DNA from: Corallochytrium limacisporum Hawaii
Lineage: Eukaryota > Protista > Pluriformea
Length of the DNA: 64,000 nt
NCBI GenBank assembly: GCA_002811645.1
Contig: PDIP01000006.1
Span: 1-64,000, forward strand
Direction of reading: 5' to 3'
Shown: positions 50,845 through 62,200 of the stretch, piece after piece
How the letters are laid out: the number at the start of each line of letters is the position of its first letter
How positions within the stretch are numbered: position 1 is the first letter of the stretch
The notes under the pieces: model-generated
Seen by the model: only the letters and a program-made list of their open reading frames with translations
Told to the model about the DNA's origin: nothing
The model's database searches: none
Position numbers and translations under genes: made by a program

Positions 50845-52233
50845 TTATTCAAAGTTGCTGAAGTTGGTTATCTTTCGCGTCATTTGCGAGGCCTTGATTC
50901 CCATCTCACGTTTGCGTAGTCCTTCTATAAACGTCATACATTCTGAGTAGGTTTCAGGTACAACCGTGTTGGGCTGTGAGTCGCAGACAAAGGTAAAGTT
51001 GAAGGTGTTGGTAAGGTGCCGTGTAGCCGCCATGGGATCAATGACGTTTGCCTCGACCCGAACCTGCACGCTGCGATGCTTCGGGCCCTCTGCCGCACTC
51101 ACGCAAGAGGACAGTTGGAGGATTGAGCCGATTTCCACGGGAGCTGCAAAGCTGACATCATCCATCGCAATGAATGTGGGCTGGCTGCGCGAAAATATGA
51201 TACTGTTAGCCCATGCCTGTTCATAGGCCTTACGCATGAGGAAGCCACCGAATACCTTGTTGTGGATGTTGCGGTCCTGAGGCTGGCACAAAATGTTGGT
51301 CTCCATAGCTGTGTCCTTCATGGGGATCAGGTGTGACCCGTTGCCGGAGGCGCTTGCTTTACGGTTCTGCAGATACCGCTCGTGCAGTATCCTGGTCTCG
51401 GTTTCCGAGGGCTGGGTTCTATCTAGGGCAATGGCACGCTGCTCCTTGCGTCGCTGTGCATTTTCCTTGCCCATCTTAAACAACATCTTCTCTTCCTCTG
51501 TCTCCATCAGTAACCGGGACACCGTCGCGGGTCGGTTTGTGAATGGATCTCGGGCCACCATGATGAATGTTGCAACACAGATGGCTCGGTACCCATCATC
51601 GGGATCGGTGCCTGCAGCTGAAGGCACTCGACCGTCTACACGGATCATGATCTCCATGCTGCTTGTACCGACATATGACACATGGCCGCAGAGCTTGATG
51701 TCCTCCTTGGGACTCAATTTGCGCAGCATGTCAAGCCGATCCACCGAGGCGGTGACAATAGTCAGTGGCCGGGTTTTTTGGTCCTTGTCATCACAATGAA
51801 GGTATCCAATAGTGCCAGCCATTGCGTCCAAATCTTCCAAAAGTTTCCCCATGCGAACTCCGCCGTAGAGGTTGCGGTAACGGTCCCTGAGTTCCTTGTC
51901 GCTCCCAAAGTTGAGGTGTTCCTCCAGATAGCTATCGGCCATGGTTTTGGTCAAAACCTTATGTTCTGTGTCAGGACTACCCAAATCGTCGGTGACATGG
52001 TCCCTGACCGCCCATAGCCGGGAAACAATCTCAGACCTCTCCGCGTAGATGGCCTTTTCCCGTTGGAAATCCATCATGTTGTTCTTGGTGATGTTGCTCT
52101 TGTCCTTGGCCTTCTCCTTAGCATTCTGTGAAATGCATGCTACCTGTCCCCTGGCCACAAGCGCCTGAGTCTGTCGTCCAGTCGCCCATGTCCGGCCCGC
52201 CCGGCCCATCTGCCGTGCGATCGGTGCCAACAT
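50845..52233 (-). CDS. ACOT9: Mitochondrial acyl-CoA thioesterase, ACOT9-like (double hotdog)
   Basis: RMGKLLEDLD, IVTASVDR, PQDRNIHNKVFGGFLMRKAYE, PVEIG; presequence after ATG 52233. Confidence 0.9.
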   Translation of the reverse strand: MLAPIARQMGRAGRTWATGRQTQALVARGQVACISQNAKEKAKDKSNITKNNMMDFQREKAIYAERSEIVSRLWAVRDHVTDDLGSPDTEHKVLTKTMADSYLEEHLNFGSDKELRDRYRNLYGGVRMGKLLEDLDAMAGTIGYLHCDDKDQKTRPLTIVTASVDRLDMLRKLSPKEDIKLCGHVSYVGTSSMEIMIRVDGRVPSAAGTDPDDGYRAICVATFIMVARDPFTNRPATVSRLLMETEEEKMLFKMGKENAQRRKEQRAIALDRTQPSETETRILHERYLQNRKASASGNGSHLIPMKDTAMETNILCQPQDRNIHNKVFGGFLMRKAYEQAWANSIIFSRSQPTFIAMDDVSFAAPVEIGSILQLSSCVSAAEGPKHRSVQVRVEANVIDPMAATRHLTNTFNFTFVCDSQPNTVVPETYSECMTFIEGLRKREMGIKASQMTRKITNFSNFE

Positions 52234-52873
52234 CCTTCTACAAGTCCCGTTAGCCGAGCTGGACGTCTTGTGGGGTATGTGTGTGGATATTAGGTATTGC
52301 ACGAACCATTTCAAAACCACCCTGTTACGGTGAAAACAAAATCTAATACCTTCGCCTTCCTGACATGATCAACAAGTCCGCTATCGTGAAGGGGAAAGCA
52401 CCATATCAAACGTGGGAAGCACCCAAAGCCGATTTGGCGCTCCTCATCCCGATTCTACCATTTTGCGTTATGATGGAGTACCCCGCCGTCCACCTACCCC
52501 ATCACGCGACTTCCCACCGCCGCCGCCGCTAATCGCCAAATGGCCGGGTCCAAGTATTTTTTTGGCCACTAATTCCCTCATGTCCATACCCATAATATGC
52601 CCAAAGTGAGCTTAAGAGATCGGCACGTCCCAACGGATCAGCGGGTCAGCAGCCAGACAAAGGGCAAGGAAGGCAAAAATCGAAAGCAAAAAAGGCATAA
52701 AAGAGACAAAGGGAGCGAGAGGAAAAATGGGGTGTATTTGTGGGGTGCAGGTTTGCCGAGGAAAACCTCAAATTTTAAGGATGAAGTTTGACTTCTCGGG
52801 GACATGCAAAACATTGTGAACTATTGAATAACTTAGACATATATGCTGTGTGGTACGGTATGGTCCAGTGTCC

Positions 52874-54568
52874 TTAGTACTGATTCATCTCCCTCAGGTA
52901 CAGGCCAGCTTCGCGATGGCCCTGCCGTTCAGCTTCCTGTAGGTAGTCCATCGCCATTTCGTGGTCCGGCAGAACCCCCTGGCCAGCCTCGAACATGATA
53001 CCGAGTAGATACATGGCGGCCGCATGTCCTGCTTGGGCTGCCTCCATGGCGTAACGGTGAGCAGATGCAAAGTTAATCTCCTCGTGCGTGTCGTGAAGCA
53101 CTTTGGCGAGACGATACTTGGCCTCCGGATCTCCACTGTCTGCAGCAATTTGAAGCCAGTGCATGCCCGATGCCAGTGACTCCTTGGGAATCTGCTTGTT
53201 CATGATCATCTCTGCTACCTTGATCTGCGCCTTGGTATAACCTGCCTCAGCTGCCCGCATAAAGAACCGATAGGCAATATTGATCTGCTTACCCTCAATT
53301 ACCACACCTTCCTCATACATATTGCCAATGTTGTAGAAAGCATCTAAGGATCCCTTCGCACTGGCCAGCCGGAAAAGCATGTCAGCGGTGTCGTAGTCCT
53401 TCTCCAACAGATGAATGTAGCCCAGGTTGTTGATTGCACTGGGATAGTCCTGAGCGGCAGCGTTCGCATACATAGTTTTCGCAAGCACTAGGTCTCGGGG
53501 TACTCCTTTGCCTTCCTCGTAGCAGATGCCTAGATTGTTCTGACTCGGCGCATGTCCCACAGCTGCACCCTGTTGAAACAGCATGGCTGCCGTTTCGTAA
53601 TCTTGTTCCACACCACTACCGCTGTAGTACAGACTACCTAAATTATTCATGGCCTTTGCGTATCCCTGGTTTGCAGCAAGTCTGTACCAGTGAACAGCCT
53701 GTGCATGCTCTTGCCGTCCAGTGACCAAACCCTTTTCGTACATGTAGCCGAGGTTGTTCTGCGCATCCGGATGCTGCAGTTCAGCCGCTCGCGTATAGTA
53801 ATCTGCAGCTCTCCTCAAATCTTGATCAATCGCCTTTCCCATTTCGTAGAGACGACCAAGATTATTCATGGCCTCAGAGTCGCCACTGAGACTGGCCTGC
53901 TCATACCAAAATACAGCCGCCGGCAGGTCCTGCGGAGTGCCATGACCGTTCTCATAGACATAGCCCAGCATGTTACAAGCAGGTGGATAGCCATACTGCG
54001 CAGCACCCCGAAAGTTCTGGAAAGCCTGTTCCATTGCCTTGGGTACACCGTGGCCATACATGAGTTTCGTTCCCTCAAAGTAGGCCAGTTTGGCATCCTG
54101 TTCAGTACTAATTTCAAGGTCGCTGAACCCTGTGGCGACAGCAAGGCGCTTTGTGTTTGTGATGGCCTCTTTCACAGCCACATTCGAAGACTCTACCTTC
54201 CATAATGCCAGTGCAGTCAGGATCTTGCTGAAACCTTGCTCTACTGACTTACTGTACGATTTGCCCCGCTGTCCAAAGCGCGTGCCCGCAAACATACGCG
54301 CGGTTTTCAATTGCACATAAAACTCTTGTAAGCTTCTAAGCGTGGAGACAAATGCCTTCAAAGACTTATTCATTTCTTCGTTGTGCTGTGCTGCCCGCAG
54401 ATCACTGAGACGATTCCTAAAATCATCCTCAACAAACTCCAACTGGCGGAGAAAGTCGGGTCCTCCTTTGAACTTCTGGACGGTCTGTGTGGCCTGCGAA
54501 ATTGCGGTCCGCAGCTCAGCCTGGCATTCATCGACCAGACTGCGGCCTCGTTGTACGGGAGATCCCAT
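52874..54568 (-). CDS. Sel1-like repeat protein
   Basis: Many AxNNLGxxYxxGxGVxxDxxxAxxWYxxAA repeats after an N-terminal helical domain; first ATG at 54568. Confidence 0.9.
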   Translation of the reverse strand: MGSPVQRGRSLVDECQAELRTAISQATQTVQKFKGGPDFLRQLEFVEDDFRNRLSDLRAAQHNEEMNKSLKAFVSTLRSLQEFYVQLKTARMFAGTRFGQRGKSYSKSVEQGFSKILTALALWKVESSNVAVKEAITNTKRLAVATGFSDLEISTEQDAKLAYFEGTKLMYGHGVPKAMEQAFQNFRGAAQYGYPPACNMLGYVYENGHGTPQDLPAAVFWYEQASLSGDSEAMNNLGRLYEMGKAIDQDLRRAADYYTRAAELQHPDAQNNLGYMYEKGLVTGRQEHAQAVHWYRLAANQGYAKAMNNLGSLYYSGSGVEQDYETAAMLFQQGAAVGHAPSQNNLGICYEEGKGVPRDLVLAKTMYANAAAQDYPSAINNLGYIHLLEKDYDTADMLFRLASAKGSLDAFYNIGNMYEEGVVIEGKQINIAYRFFMRAAEAGYTKAQIKVAEMIMNKQIPKESLASGMHWLQIAADSGDPEAKYRLAKVLHDTHEEINFASAHRYAMEAAQAGHAAAMYLLGIMFEAGQGVLPDHEMAMDYLQEAERQGHREAGLYLREMNQY

Positions 54569-55237
54569 GTTACCTTTTGATCTGTGGATACTTCCAAGCA
54601 CTGTCTCTATCCGCAAAACATTTTGAACCCGGGGTCGCTATCCAAGTACACTCCATAGCCGTAAGGTCTGAGTTTTGGGCCGGACCCGTGATCATCGCAA
54701 AGCTGTAAGCAATAAAATACCCTGTGAAACTATTGGTCGAAGTGCCAGCTGGTAACCTTCTGAGACGTAAACACGCACGAACGCACGGCGTCACTACACA
54801 AACGCCTCTTTTTGGTATCCAAAAACTTGTACACGCGAACTCCGGTTCTCCCACTCTACGGCCACGGCCCTCGCTCTCCTGAGAGTTTGGTTGTGGACAG
54901 CGCAGTTTGCTTGCTGCCAGTTGCCCGATGGTCAAGCTCCCGGAGAGACCAGTGCCCCGGTGGGCTTCAACGAGCGGCAACAAAGGAAAAAGTCATTCCC
55001 ATTGAGAAGGAGGACACGACAGGGGAGTGTAAAGCAAGGGCAGAGGAGAAACGAGGAAGAAACAAGGGAAGAGGAAAGAGGGACTCGCGGGGAGAGAGGA
55101 AGGGAGGGCTAAAGGTTTTGGATTTTGGGTCGTGTCCCCAAAGCGATTTTGGCGAAGACTCCTCCGGAAAGGGAACCCAAAGCCAGAAGGAAGAGGGGGG
55201 GTGGGGGTAAAATGTCAATGCAAAAGTATGGAGGCGA

Positions 55238-55259
55238 TTTTTCGCGCGCAAAATTTGAA
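55238..55259 (+). promoter_or_regulatory. E2F/CDE-CHR-like composite motif TTTTTCGCGCGC-AAAA-TTTGAA
   Basis: TTTCGCGC E2F consensus, 4-nt spacer, then TTTGAA (CHR consensus), in a divergent intergenic region. Confidence 0.5.
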
Positions 55260-55783
55260 GTTTTGGCCACCGGAGAGCCCGCAAGAAAGAAGAGGGGGAG
55301 GGTGGTAAACGGGAGGCCGACGAAAAGAGAAAAAAAGTGGGAAAAGGGAAAGCGCCAGGGAGCGGGGCAAACGCCGGGTCGAGAGTGAGGCTGCGGAAGA
55401 GCGGGTGGATTTGGTTGCAACCTTGCGCTTCAAATTTGTTCGCTGTTGGTGGCTGCCGCCCAGGGAGATTGAGAAGACCACCCCCGAGGAAAGAAGGGGG
55501 GGAAGGACGTGGACAGATAGTGCTGCAAAACGCGTTTGTATGGAGATTGAAATTGGAAACATTAGAAAAATGTTTTTGGTCCGCCATGGCGGAGCTACAC
55601 GGGTTCTTGAAGAACTATTTCAGCTGATAAAGCTGACTATCAAAACATATGAGTGGTAAATAAATCACACCAGCTGGAAAGGAGCCCAGAGGGACAAGTG
55701 GTCAGGAACCGATTGGTGTGTTGAAACTTGGATGTCCGTTTGGTTCTCGATACACATGTACTGGTACAGCAGATCTATGAAAA

Positions 55784-57847
55784 ATGGTTGCGGAAGAAGC
55801 CTCTAAACCGAAATATCTACCGCGGCATTTGCCGGATGACTTGGTCGATGGAGATCGGGTGTGCTTCGTCTCCGTGGGTCCGCTGCCACCTAACTCTGCG
55901 TGCAGTCTCCTGAAGGAGCGACAGATCATTGATCAACTGAAAAGTAAACTATTGGCAGAGTCTGCATCCTTCCACGGGACGCCACAGGACATTAACTTTG
56001 AGGTATTTGACAATTGCGGGAAGGGATACCTGGCACTGGACCACGACCGGGAGGAAGAAGCTTGGGAGGCCATAGACGAATTTGATCCGACAGGCCTGAT
56101 TGTCCTTAAGCGGGACGGATCAACAAAGCTATCTGTACGAAATGACCTGCCTCGCATAGATATAAACTTGCAAGTGTTCAACATGAAAAGACCTGCCGTC
56201 AAAAAGTTCCATCTGGAGAGAAAGGCGTGGTACAAAGATTGCAACAAAGAGTTTGTTCACGTTCAAGTCACCGACACAACCACAAAGAAGTCGCCGAATC
56301 ATAGTGTCTACGTTTTAAGGGTTGATGATGGATGGGAGAAGACCCATCCATACTTGGCAAAAGCGCAGTTTGTTATTAAGGACATGCGATCTGCCACGGA
56401 TGACGAGTTTACGGCAATGATGGTGTCTCGATCGCGTGAAATAGTCTGGGGCACTGGTTTTGAAACCTCGGAGAGTGACGTCCTCGAAGATGCCATGGCC
56501 AGCAAGAAGACAGACGCAGCAATTTTTACCATGGTTGAGGAAGGAAGTCACGCGACCATAGTAATTGCGGCAAGGCGTTCCAGGAGCGGGAACACAAAGT
56601 CCTTTATCATCCAAACGAAGCGGATTGCGAGGATGGACGAGTCATTCCCTAAGGTTGAGACTGCTGGGCGCACGGACAACTTCACGTACAATTGGAGATA
56701 CTTCATCGATATGACTTTCGCGGATTCATGGATGCGTGGAGTAGAGGTGGTAAATGGCATTGTCACCGACCTAGATAACCCTGCGAAGAACACTGACTTG
56801 GATGGGCTCCCAAAGATCACTGACAGTGATCCTCACTCTGAAGTTGATATCCTACGGGCATTGACTTGCTTTTGTGACGAGCCAACGGACGAGTACCTCA
56901 CAGTGGTCACAGCCACACTGGAAAGCTACTTGGCGAACCACCAGATTCCAATGGAACACATCGTCGAGGATCTCGTAGCCCGCTCGATCTTCCCGAAACC
57001 GGGACAGAGAAAGCAACCCACCGAAAAGGAACTGGTCATGCTTTTCACTGTCATGGTCTTGTTTGCTCACCGAGGCCTTCACGGCGAATCATCCGTCCAA
57101 AATTTGCTCAATAAGCATATGCAGCGCATCCAATTGTTCCTATCGGGAAGTGATGGGCCTCTGCATCGAGCTGAGGACAGTTTGCGCAAATCATTCCTTG
57201 CGGATGCCGTAGACACCATTGCGGAACACGGTAAGTGGCAAGACAGTCCCGAATCAGACTTTGAAGGTGCGATTGACAAGCTTGTCTCCAACCCAGTGCA
57301 GAGCCGGAAACGGCGGGCCAGTGGCTCAATGGACAAGGATGGACAGAAAGTCACGAAACCGTCATCCAAGAGAGGCACAGGCCGCGGAGCAAAACTTAAA
57401 AGAAAGGCTTCTGTGAGGACGCAAGGAGGCATGCGGACGAGCAAGACCATCCACGTGCCACAGATGTCATCAATCGGGCCCACAGGCACTAAAGCCAAGA
57501 AGAGTTCTGCTGGTATGAGGAGCGAGAATCCCGGGTCCAAACGTGCGCGGGCATCCTCCCCGGATGGACGGGGAGGTACCATCAAGACACCATCGCGAAA
57601 AATACCATCGAAATCGTTTAGTGTGCAAGAGACGCCACTGCAACTACACACAGCTAACACAGCCCTGGATATTCCGGTGGCGCCCGGTATGATTGCAGCT
57701 TCGCCAATCCAGGCCTTTGGGGCCCCCGAAGTCTCGGAAGGGTTAACTGGCCAAACCCTGTCGCGACGGAGGAGTGCTCGCTCATCGCGGGACGCTAGTC
57801 TCAACACTAGCGACCCGGACTTCAAACGATCGCTGCAGTTCAGCTGA
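55784..57847 (+). CDS. Hypothetical 687-aa protein, candidate Sld3/Treslin-like replication factor
   Basis: Long clean ORF. Helical middle region, basic disordered tail, paired CDK-type sites VQETP (T617) and IAASP (S640). The ORF is solid; the family call is tentative. Confidence 0.45.
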   Translation: MVAEEASKPKYLPRHLPDDLVDGDRVCFVSVGPLPPNSACSLLKERQIIDQLKSKLLAESASFHGTPQDINFEVFDNCGKGYLALDHDREEEAWEAIDEFDPTGLIVLKRDGSTKLSVRNDLPRIDINLQVFNMKRPAVKKFHLERKAWYKDCNKEFVHVQVTDTTTKKSPNHSVYVLRVDDGWEKTHPYLAKAQFVIKDMRSATDDEFTAMMVSRSREIVWGTGFETSESDVLEDAMASKKTDAAIFTMVEEGSHATIVIAARRSRSGNTKSFIIQTKRIARMDESFPKVETAGRTDNFTYNWRYFIDMTFADSWMRGVEVVNGIVTDLDNPAKNTDLDGLPKITDSDPHSEVDILRALTCFCDEPTDEYLTVVTATLESYLANHQIPMEHIVEDLVARSIFPKPGQRKQPTEKELVMLFTVMVLFAHRGLHGESSVQNLLNKHMQRIQLFLSGSDGPLHRAEDSLRKSFLADAVDTIAEHGKWQDSPESDFEGAIDKLVSNPVQSRKRRASGSMDKDGQKVTKPSSKRGTGRGAKLKRKASVRTQGGMRTSKTIHVPQMSSIGPTGTKAKKSSAGMRSENPGSKRARASSPDGRGGTIKTPSRKIPSKSFSVQETPLQLHTANTALDIPVAPGMIAASPIQAFGAPEVSEGLTGQTLSRRRSARSSRDASLNTSDPDFKRSLQFS

Positions 57848-57932
57848 AGACTGTAGTCGTCATCAATTAAAACGTGAGTCGCAACCAGATGAATCTACAG
57901 TCATGTGTCAATGTAAATTTTAGATGTGCGGA

Positions 57933-58976
57933 TCATACTGGTGGCACAGGCTGGAACTTGTCCTTCCGTGCTCGCAATTCTTTCATAACTCGAGCCTCGT
58001 CCTTGTCTGCAGTTCCTGCGGGAAGACCAAGGGTCTCTTGAATTTCCGAAGTGTACAGACGTAGAAACGGGTTGCCTTGCAACTGTCGCAAGAAAGTACC
58101 GGGAACGGTGGGCCTGTTCTGTTCCCGTAGCCGGACTGCCATCTCGTATTCGCTACGCAGAAGGTCATTTTGGGGATCAATCTCCTGAGCGAATTGGAGA
58201 TTGCTGATTGTGTACTCATGGCCTACCCAGACCAATACGTTACCCAGTGCACTCTCATCATTGCTCGGTGCTCCACCGGATACATGTGTCCGCGCCAAGG
58301 TCTTAAGAAGCTGCATAGAGCGAGCCATTTGGCTCGGAGTGCCTTCGAAGATGGCGCCTGCTCCATATAGGAAGAGACAGTCACCAGTCAGTAAATGCGC
58401 AAACAAGTTTTCTTTGGCGTGCTTGGCCAATACAACAATATGTCCATGGGTATGCCCAGGCGTCTGAATGATGCTGAGGCTAAAGTTCGCAACCTCCAAA
58501 TTTTGTCCATGGTCCAGGGGATGGGTCATGCCTGCAGTGCGGTCCGCACGACCACTGTAGATGGGGACATCAGGATAATTCTTCTTGAAATAGTAATTCC
58601 CGCCAGCATGATCCCAATGATGGTGTGTAGCAATGATTCCTGAAAGAGAAAGTCCACGGTTCCTGATTTCCTGATCAATACGTTGGCCTTCTGCAGGATC
58701 GACAGCAATCGTTTGCTTAGTTGCCCGATCAACCAACAAGTAGCAATAGTTGTCAGAGGCATACGGTACGACGACGACATCGTGGTCATCATAATTAAAC
58801 GCCGTGGCTTCTCTGTCTACAGACTTTTCCAGCATCTTCATCCAAATGTAGTAGCCTGCCGGTCCTGAAAATATTGTGTATGCGACTGTAAATGCAACAT
58901 TGATCCCGAGGGCAAACTGTGCGATAAGCGCAGTTCCCAGAGCCCCGCCTCCAAGGATAGCGAGTTCACGCCACAT
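57933..58976 (-). CDS. Hydroxyacylglutathione hydrolase (glyoxalase II/PNKD-like) with N-terminal membrane segment
   Basis: DNYCYLL, THHHWDHAGGN, TPGHTHGH, TGDCLF, GHEYT, NPFLR; first ATG at 58976. Confidence 0.9.
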   Translation of the reverse strand: MWRELAILGGGALGTALIAQFALGINVAFTVAYTIFSGPAGYYIWMKMLEKSVDREATAFNYDDHDVVVVPYASDNYCYLLVDRATKQTIAVDPAEGQRIDQEIRNRGLSLSGIIATHHHWDHAGGNYYFKKNYPDVPIYSGRADRTAGMTHPLDHGQNLEVANFSLSIIQTPGHTHGHIVVLAKHAKENLFAHLLTGDCLFLYGAGAIFEGTPSQMARSMQLLKTLARTHVSGGAPSNDESALGNVLVWVGHEYTISNLQFAQEIDPQNDLLRSEYEMAVRLREQNRPTVPGTFLRQLQGNPFLRLYTSEIQETLGLPAGTADKDEARVMKELRARKDKFQPVPPV

Positions 58977-59235
58977 GGTTTCTAACTTCAGCTTCGAATG
59001 TATCACAAGTTGGAACCCTGGACAGAAACAGATTATCGCTCGCTAACCAGTAGGTGCAGAGTTGCAACTCATACTTGGATGACTCTTTCGATCCTCCCGT
59101 CGTCGGCTGTCCTTGAAATAGGCGACGTACCTTGGCACCTTGTCTTTCTCCGGCCCGACGGAGGGGGGGGGGGCATTCATCCGGATCAAGGGCCCCATGT
59201 ACGTATTTAAACTAGAGAAAGAAGTGTAATCTTAG

Positions 59236-62200
59236 TTACTGGCCCACCCGACTCGCCAGGAACGAGCGGGCCTCCTGATCGCCGCTTGCGGAGCGGAGGC
59301 TGAGGAGATCCAAAAGAAACTTAATCTCTTCGCTCTGGAACTTGCGAATGATTTCCGTGGTTGACGCATAGTATAAGGTCACCGCAGTGTGCAGCTGGCG
59401 CGTTTCCTCGTGATCCATAGCGGATAGTGGCAAACCATGTCCACTGGCATACAGCACATCGCGCATCATTGTAAGACTCAAGTGCACAAACTGCAGCTCC
59501 CGGCGCGCTAACGGCTTTGCAGCGGCGGCATACGGGCGCAGATTTCGCGATTTCCCGACATTGGAAAACGGTAGGATGACAGCAGTAATGTCAAAAACGT
59601 GTTCATCCCATACCTTGCGCAAGATGCGAAGATATATGTCATGATAGGTCTGCTCCTTGATTTCCTGAAGGTGCTTTGCTAGGTCATCCGCCATCGGCCT
59701 GATGACATCCAACATATCATTCTCCGGAATCTCAGGGCCACCATTCAAAAACTGTGCAATGACGTTGTGAACGCTTGGTTCCTTCTTCGAGTCCCCGTGC
59801 TCATTGTTATTATTGCTCTTGAATTGCCACCACTTTGTCTTTTTCCCACTCGCAGCTTCGCTGGCCGCCAAAACGTCTAGAATATAGAAACGGACATGTC
59901 GTTGCAAGACCTTACCTGTGGCTGCACACGCTCGCTCGCAAAGCCCGTCGACCTCCATTGACGAGGTACGGATCACCTCTCCTATGGCCTGTGCATCTGC
60001 CTGGCCGAAGACATCTTTGTAGCCCTGAAAGCGGCGCCACATTGTGTAAAAGTTATTCAGCAGAGCGCATACATCTTTTGGGATGGAACAATTGTCGCTA
60101 CGACTCTCAGGCGGTGGATGACCATCGATTGGTCCACATGACTCTGACAATTGAAGTTCGACTGCTTGTTTGAGAGTGTCTGCGTAGCGAGCGATCACAT
60201 TCGCAGCCAACTGCAGAAAGGCAGTGCCAAACATAATCAAAGTTCGCCGCTCTGGCCAGCCCAGATCATTGAGAAATGCTACATTCTGCTCAATGGATGT
60301 GAACACATCAATTACCGACGATGTGTGAGGATTCTCCGCACTCACAGGTAGACAACAATCGGCTTCCCATGCCATGTCTACCCATTCAAACATCTTATCC
60401 TCTGTGATCTTCACCCAATTGAAGACAATAGGTAGGAACCACTCCACCATTGGCAGTCTCTTCTCCATGAGTTGGTAGACAGCTGGAGTGCATCGCTTTT
60501 CCACAAAGCGTTGGAAATCTCTGAGCTTGAAGTAGAGGTCAAAGAGTTCAGGTGATACTTCCAAAGGAAGGTCTTTGAACACCTTATCAAGCTCCTTGCC
60601 AGCTTCATAAAAGTAGGCCTCGGCGGTGGTATTGATAAAGCCGTCGGGCATGATTGCTGCATAAACATCAAGATCTTCCGAGAGCTCGTGACTCATGCGA
60701 TCAACAATACGAACCATGCGAATGACCTCCAGGGCTAATTTCGATCGATTTGATGTTGAAAGGGCACGTTGCCGGAACACATCTTTCAAAGAAATTTGGA
60801 ATCTAAGTCGCTGTCCCCTTCGAATACACTCCAAGATAATCTTGTCCATGTTTTGCGTCTGGGAAGGCACATGCTCCTCAATTCGCCGAACAAGGTGCAG
60901 TGTTCGCTTAAGCAGAAACAATTCTTTCTCCTGATCAAACACAAACTTGTATCTGCCAATAAGCACTGCAAGATCCCGTGCAATGCTGCGCATGAGAGAA
61001 GACATCTCCTGTAATATGCGCGGGAAAGTTGCTGCACACTCATCGTCTCTGCTATAACGTACGAAATTTTCCAAAATTCCCTCCACGACACGGACAACAA
61101 TGGGTAGTTCGTTGTCAGCAGAACTGTCCAAAGCACGCATGACGGCTTTGGTAGTGGCAAGATCTGCATACATTGTGTCAATGTCATGTATCTGACCTGC
61201 AGTGCGCATGATGTGCTGTCCTGTAGCTACTTGGACTGCCTTGCATCGACAGTTTTTTTCAAAGTTGTTGAATACAGTGCGAACCATGGCGTCATATAAC
61301 CCAATGAAGTCTGAACTTTGCAGCCCGTACAGTAACTTTGAGTTCACCTGATTGAACTCGCTTCGCTCAAGAGCAACAGTCATTGGAAGTGTGACACGGT
61401 CACCCTTAGCCAGGACAACATCATAGTCTTCCGTAACTGTATGGTTCTCGGCCTTCCACGCAGTCATGAGATCGATGGTGACGGTGCCCAAATATCCATC
61501 CAGGTCGTGATGTAACAATGTCCTATTGGATGTGGTGTCCAGGGGCTGTGAGATAGTCAGAGGAGCGGTCCAGATCTCCAAGCGAAGCCTGCGGCATGGA
61601 TACGGACAGGCAATCTCAATTGCTCGGGTATTCTTGTGACCATCTTTGCACTTGGCTTGGACGACACCATTGGTGTGTGGTTCCGCTCCTTCAACGTACA
61701 CTCTCACTCTCCCTTGGAAGCCCACCCGGACGTCTTGATCGTCTTCATGGTCCACCTTAACTCCTCGGTTCTCTCTCAGCTGTCTCGTTTGTAGCATCTT
61801 CAATGAATCGGGCCACAGTTGATTCTGATACGCATGCATTCTCCGGAAATCTTCCTCGTCTAGATTGCAAATGTCAGCGATGAAAGTCCAACAAGACTGC
61901 TTAGTCACCGAGAAACTAGGATCCACCATCCACGACACGTACCCACGATAGACAGAATCATCGTGAGCCATGCAAGAGCCACCGATCACCTTGCGGTTAA
62001 CAGGTGAGTCCCATGTGCTCGATCGTTCGCGCCGCAAGTGTCTGTTCCCGTTGTCGCTACAGAGGGGTTCTTTGCAGAGCCGATCCAGCAATTGCTTCTC
62101 TACCGTAAGCAATGATGACAACGCCCAGTCCCACAGCTCCGAATCCGCGTCATGGTCTTGCCCACGGCTAACATGGGAGCGAACCACAGAGATAATCTGT

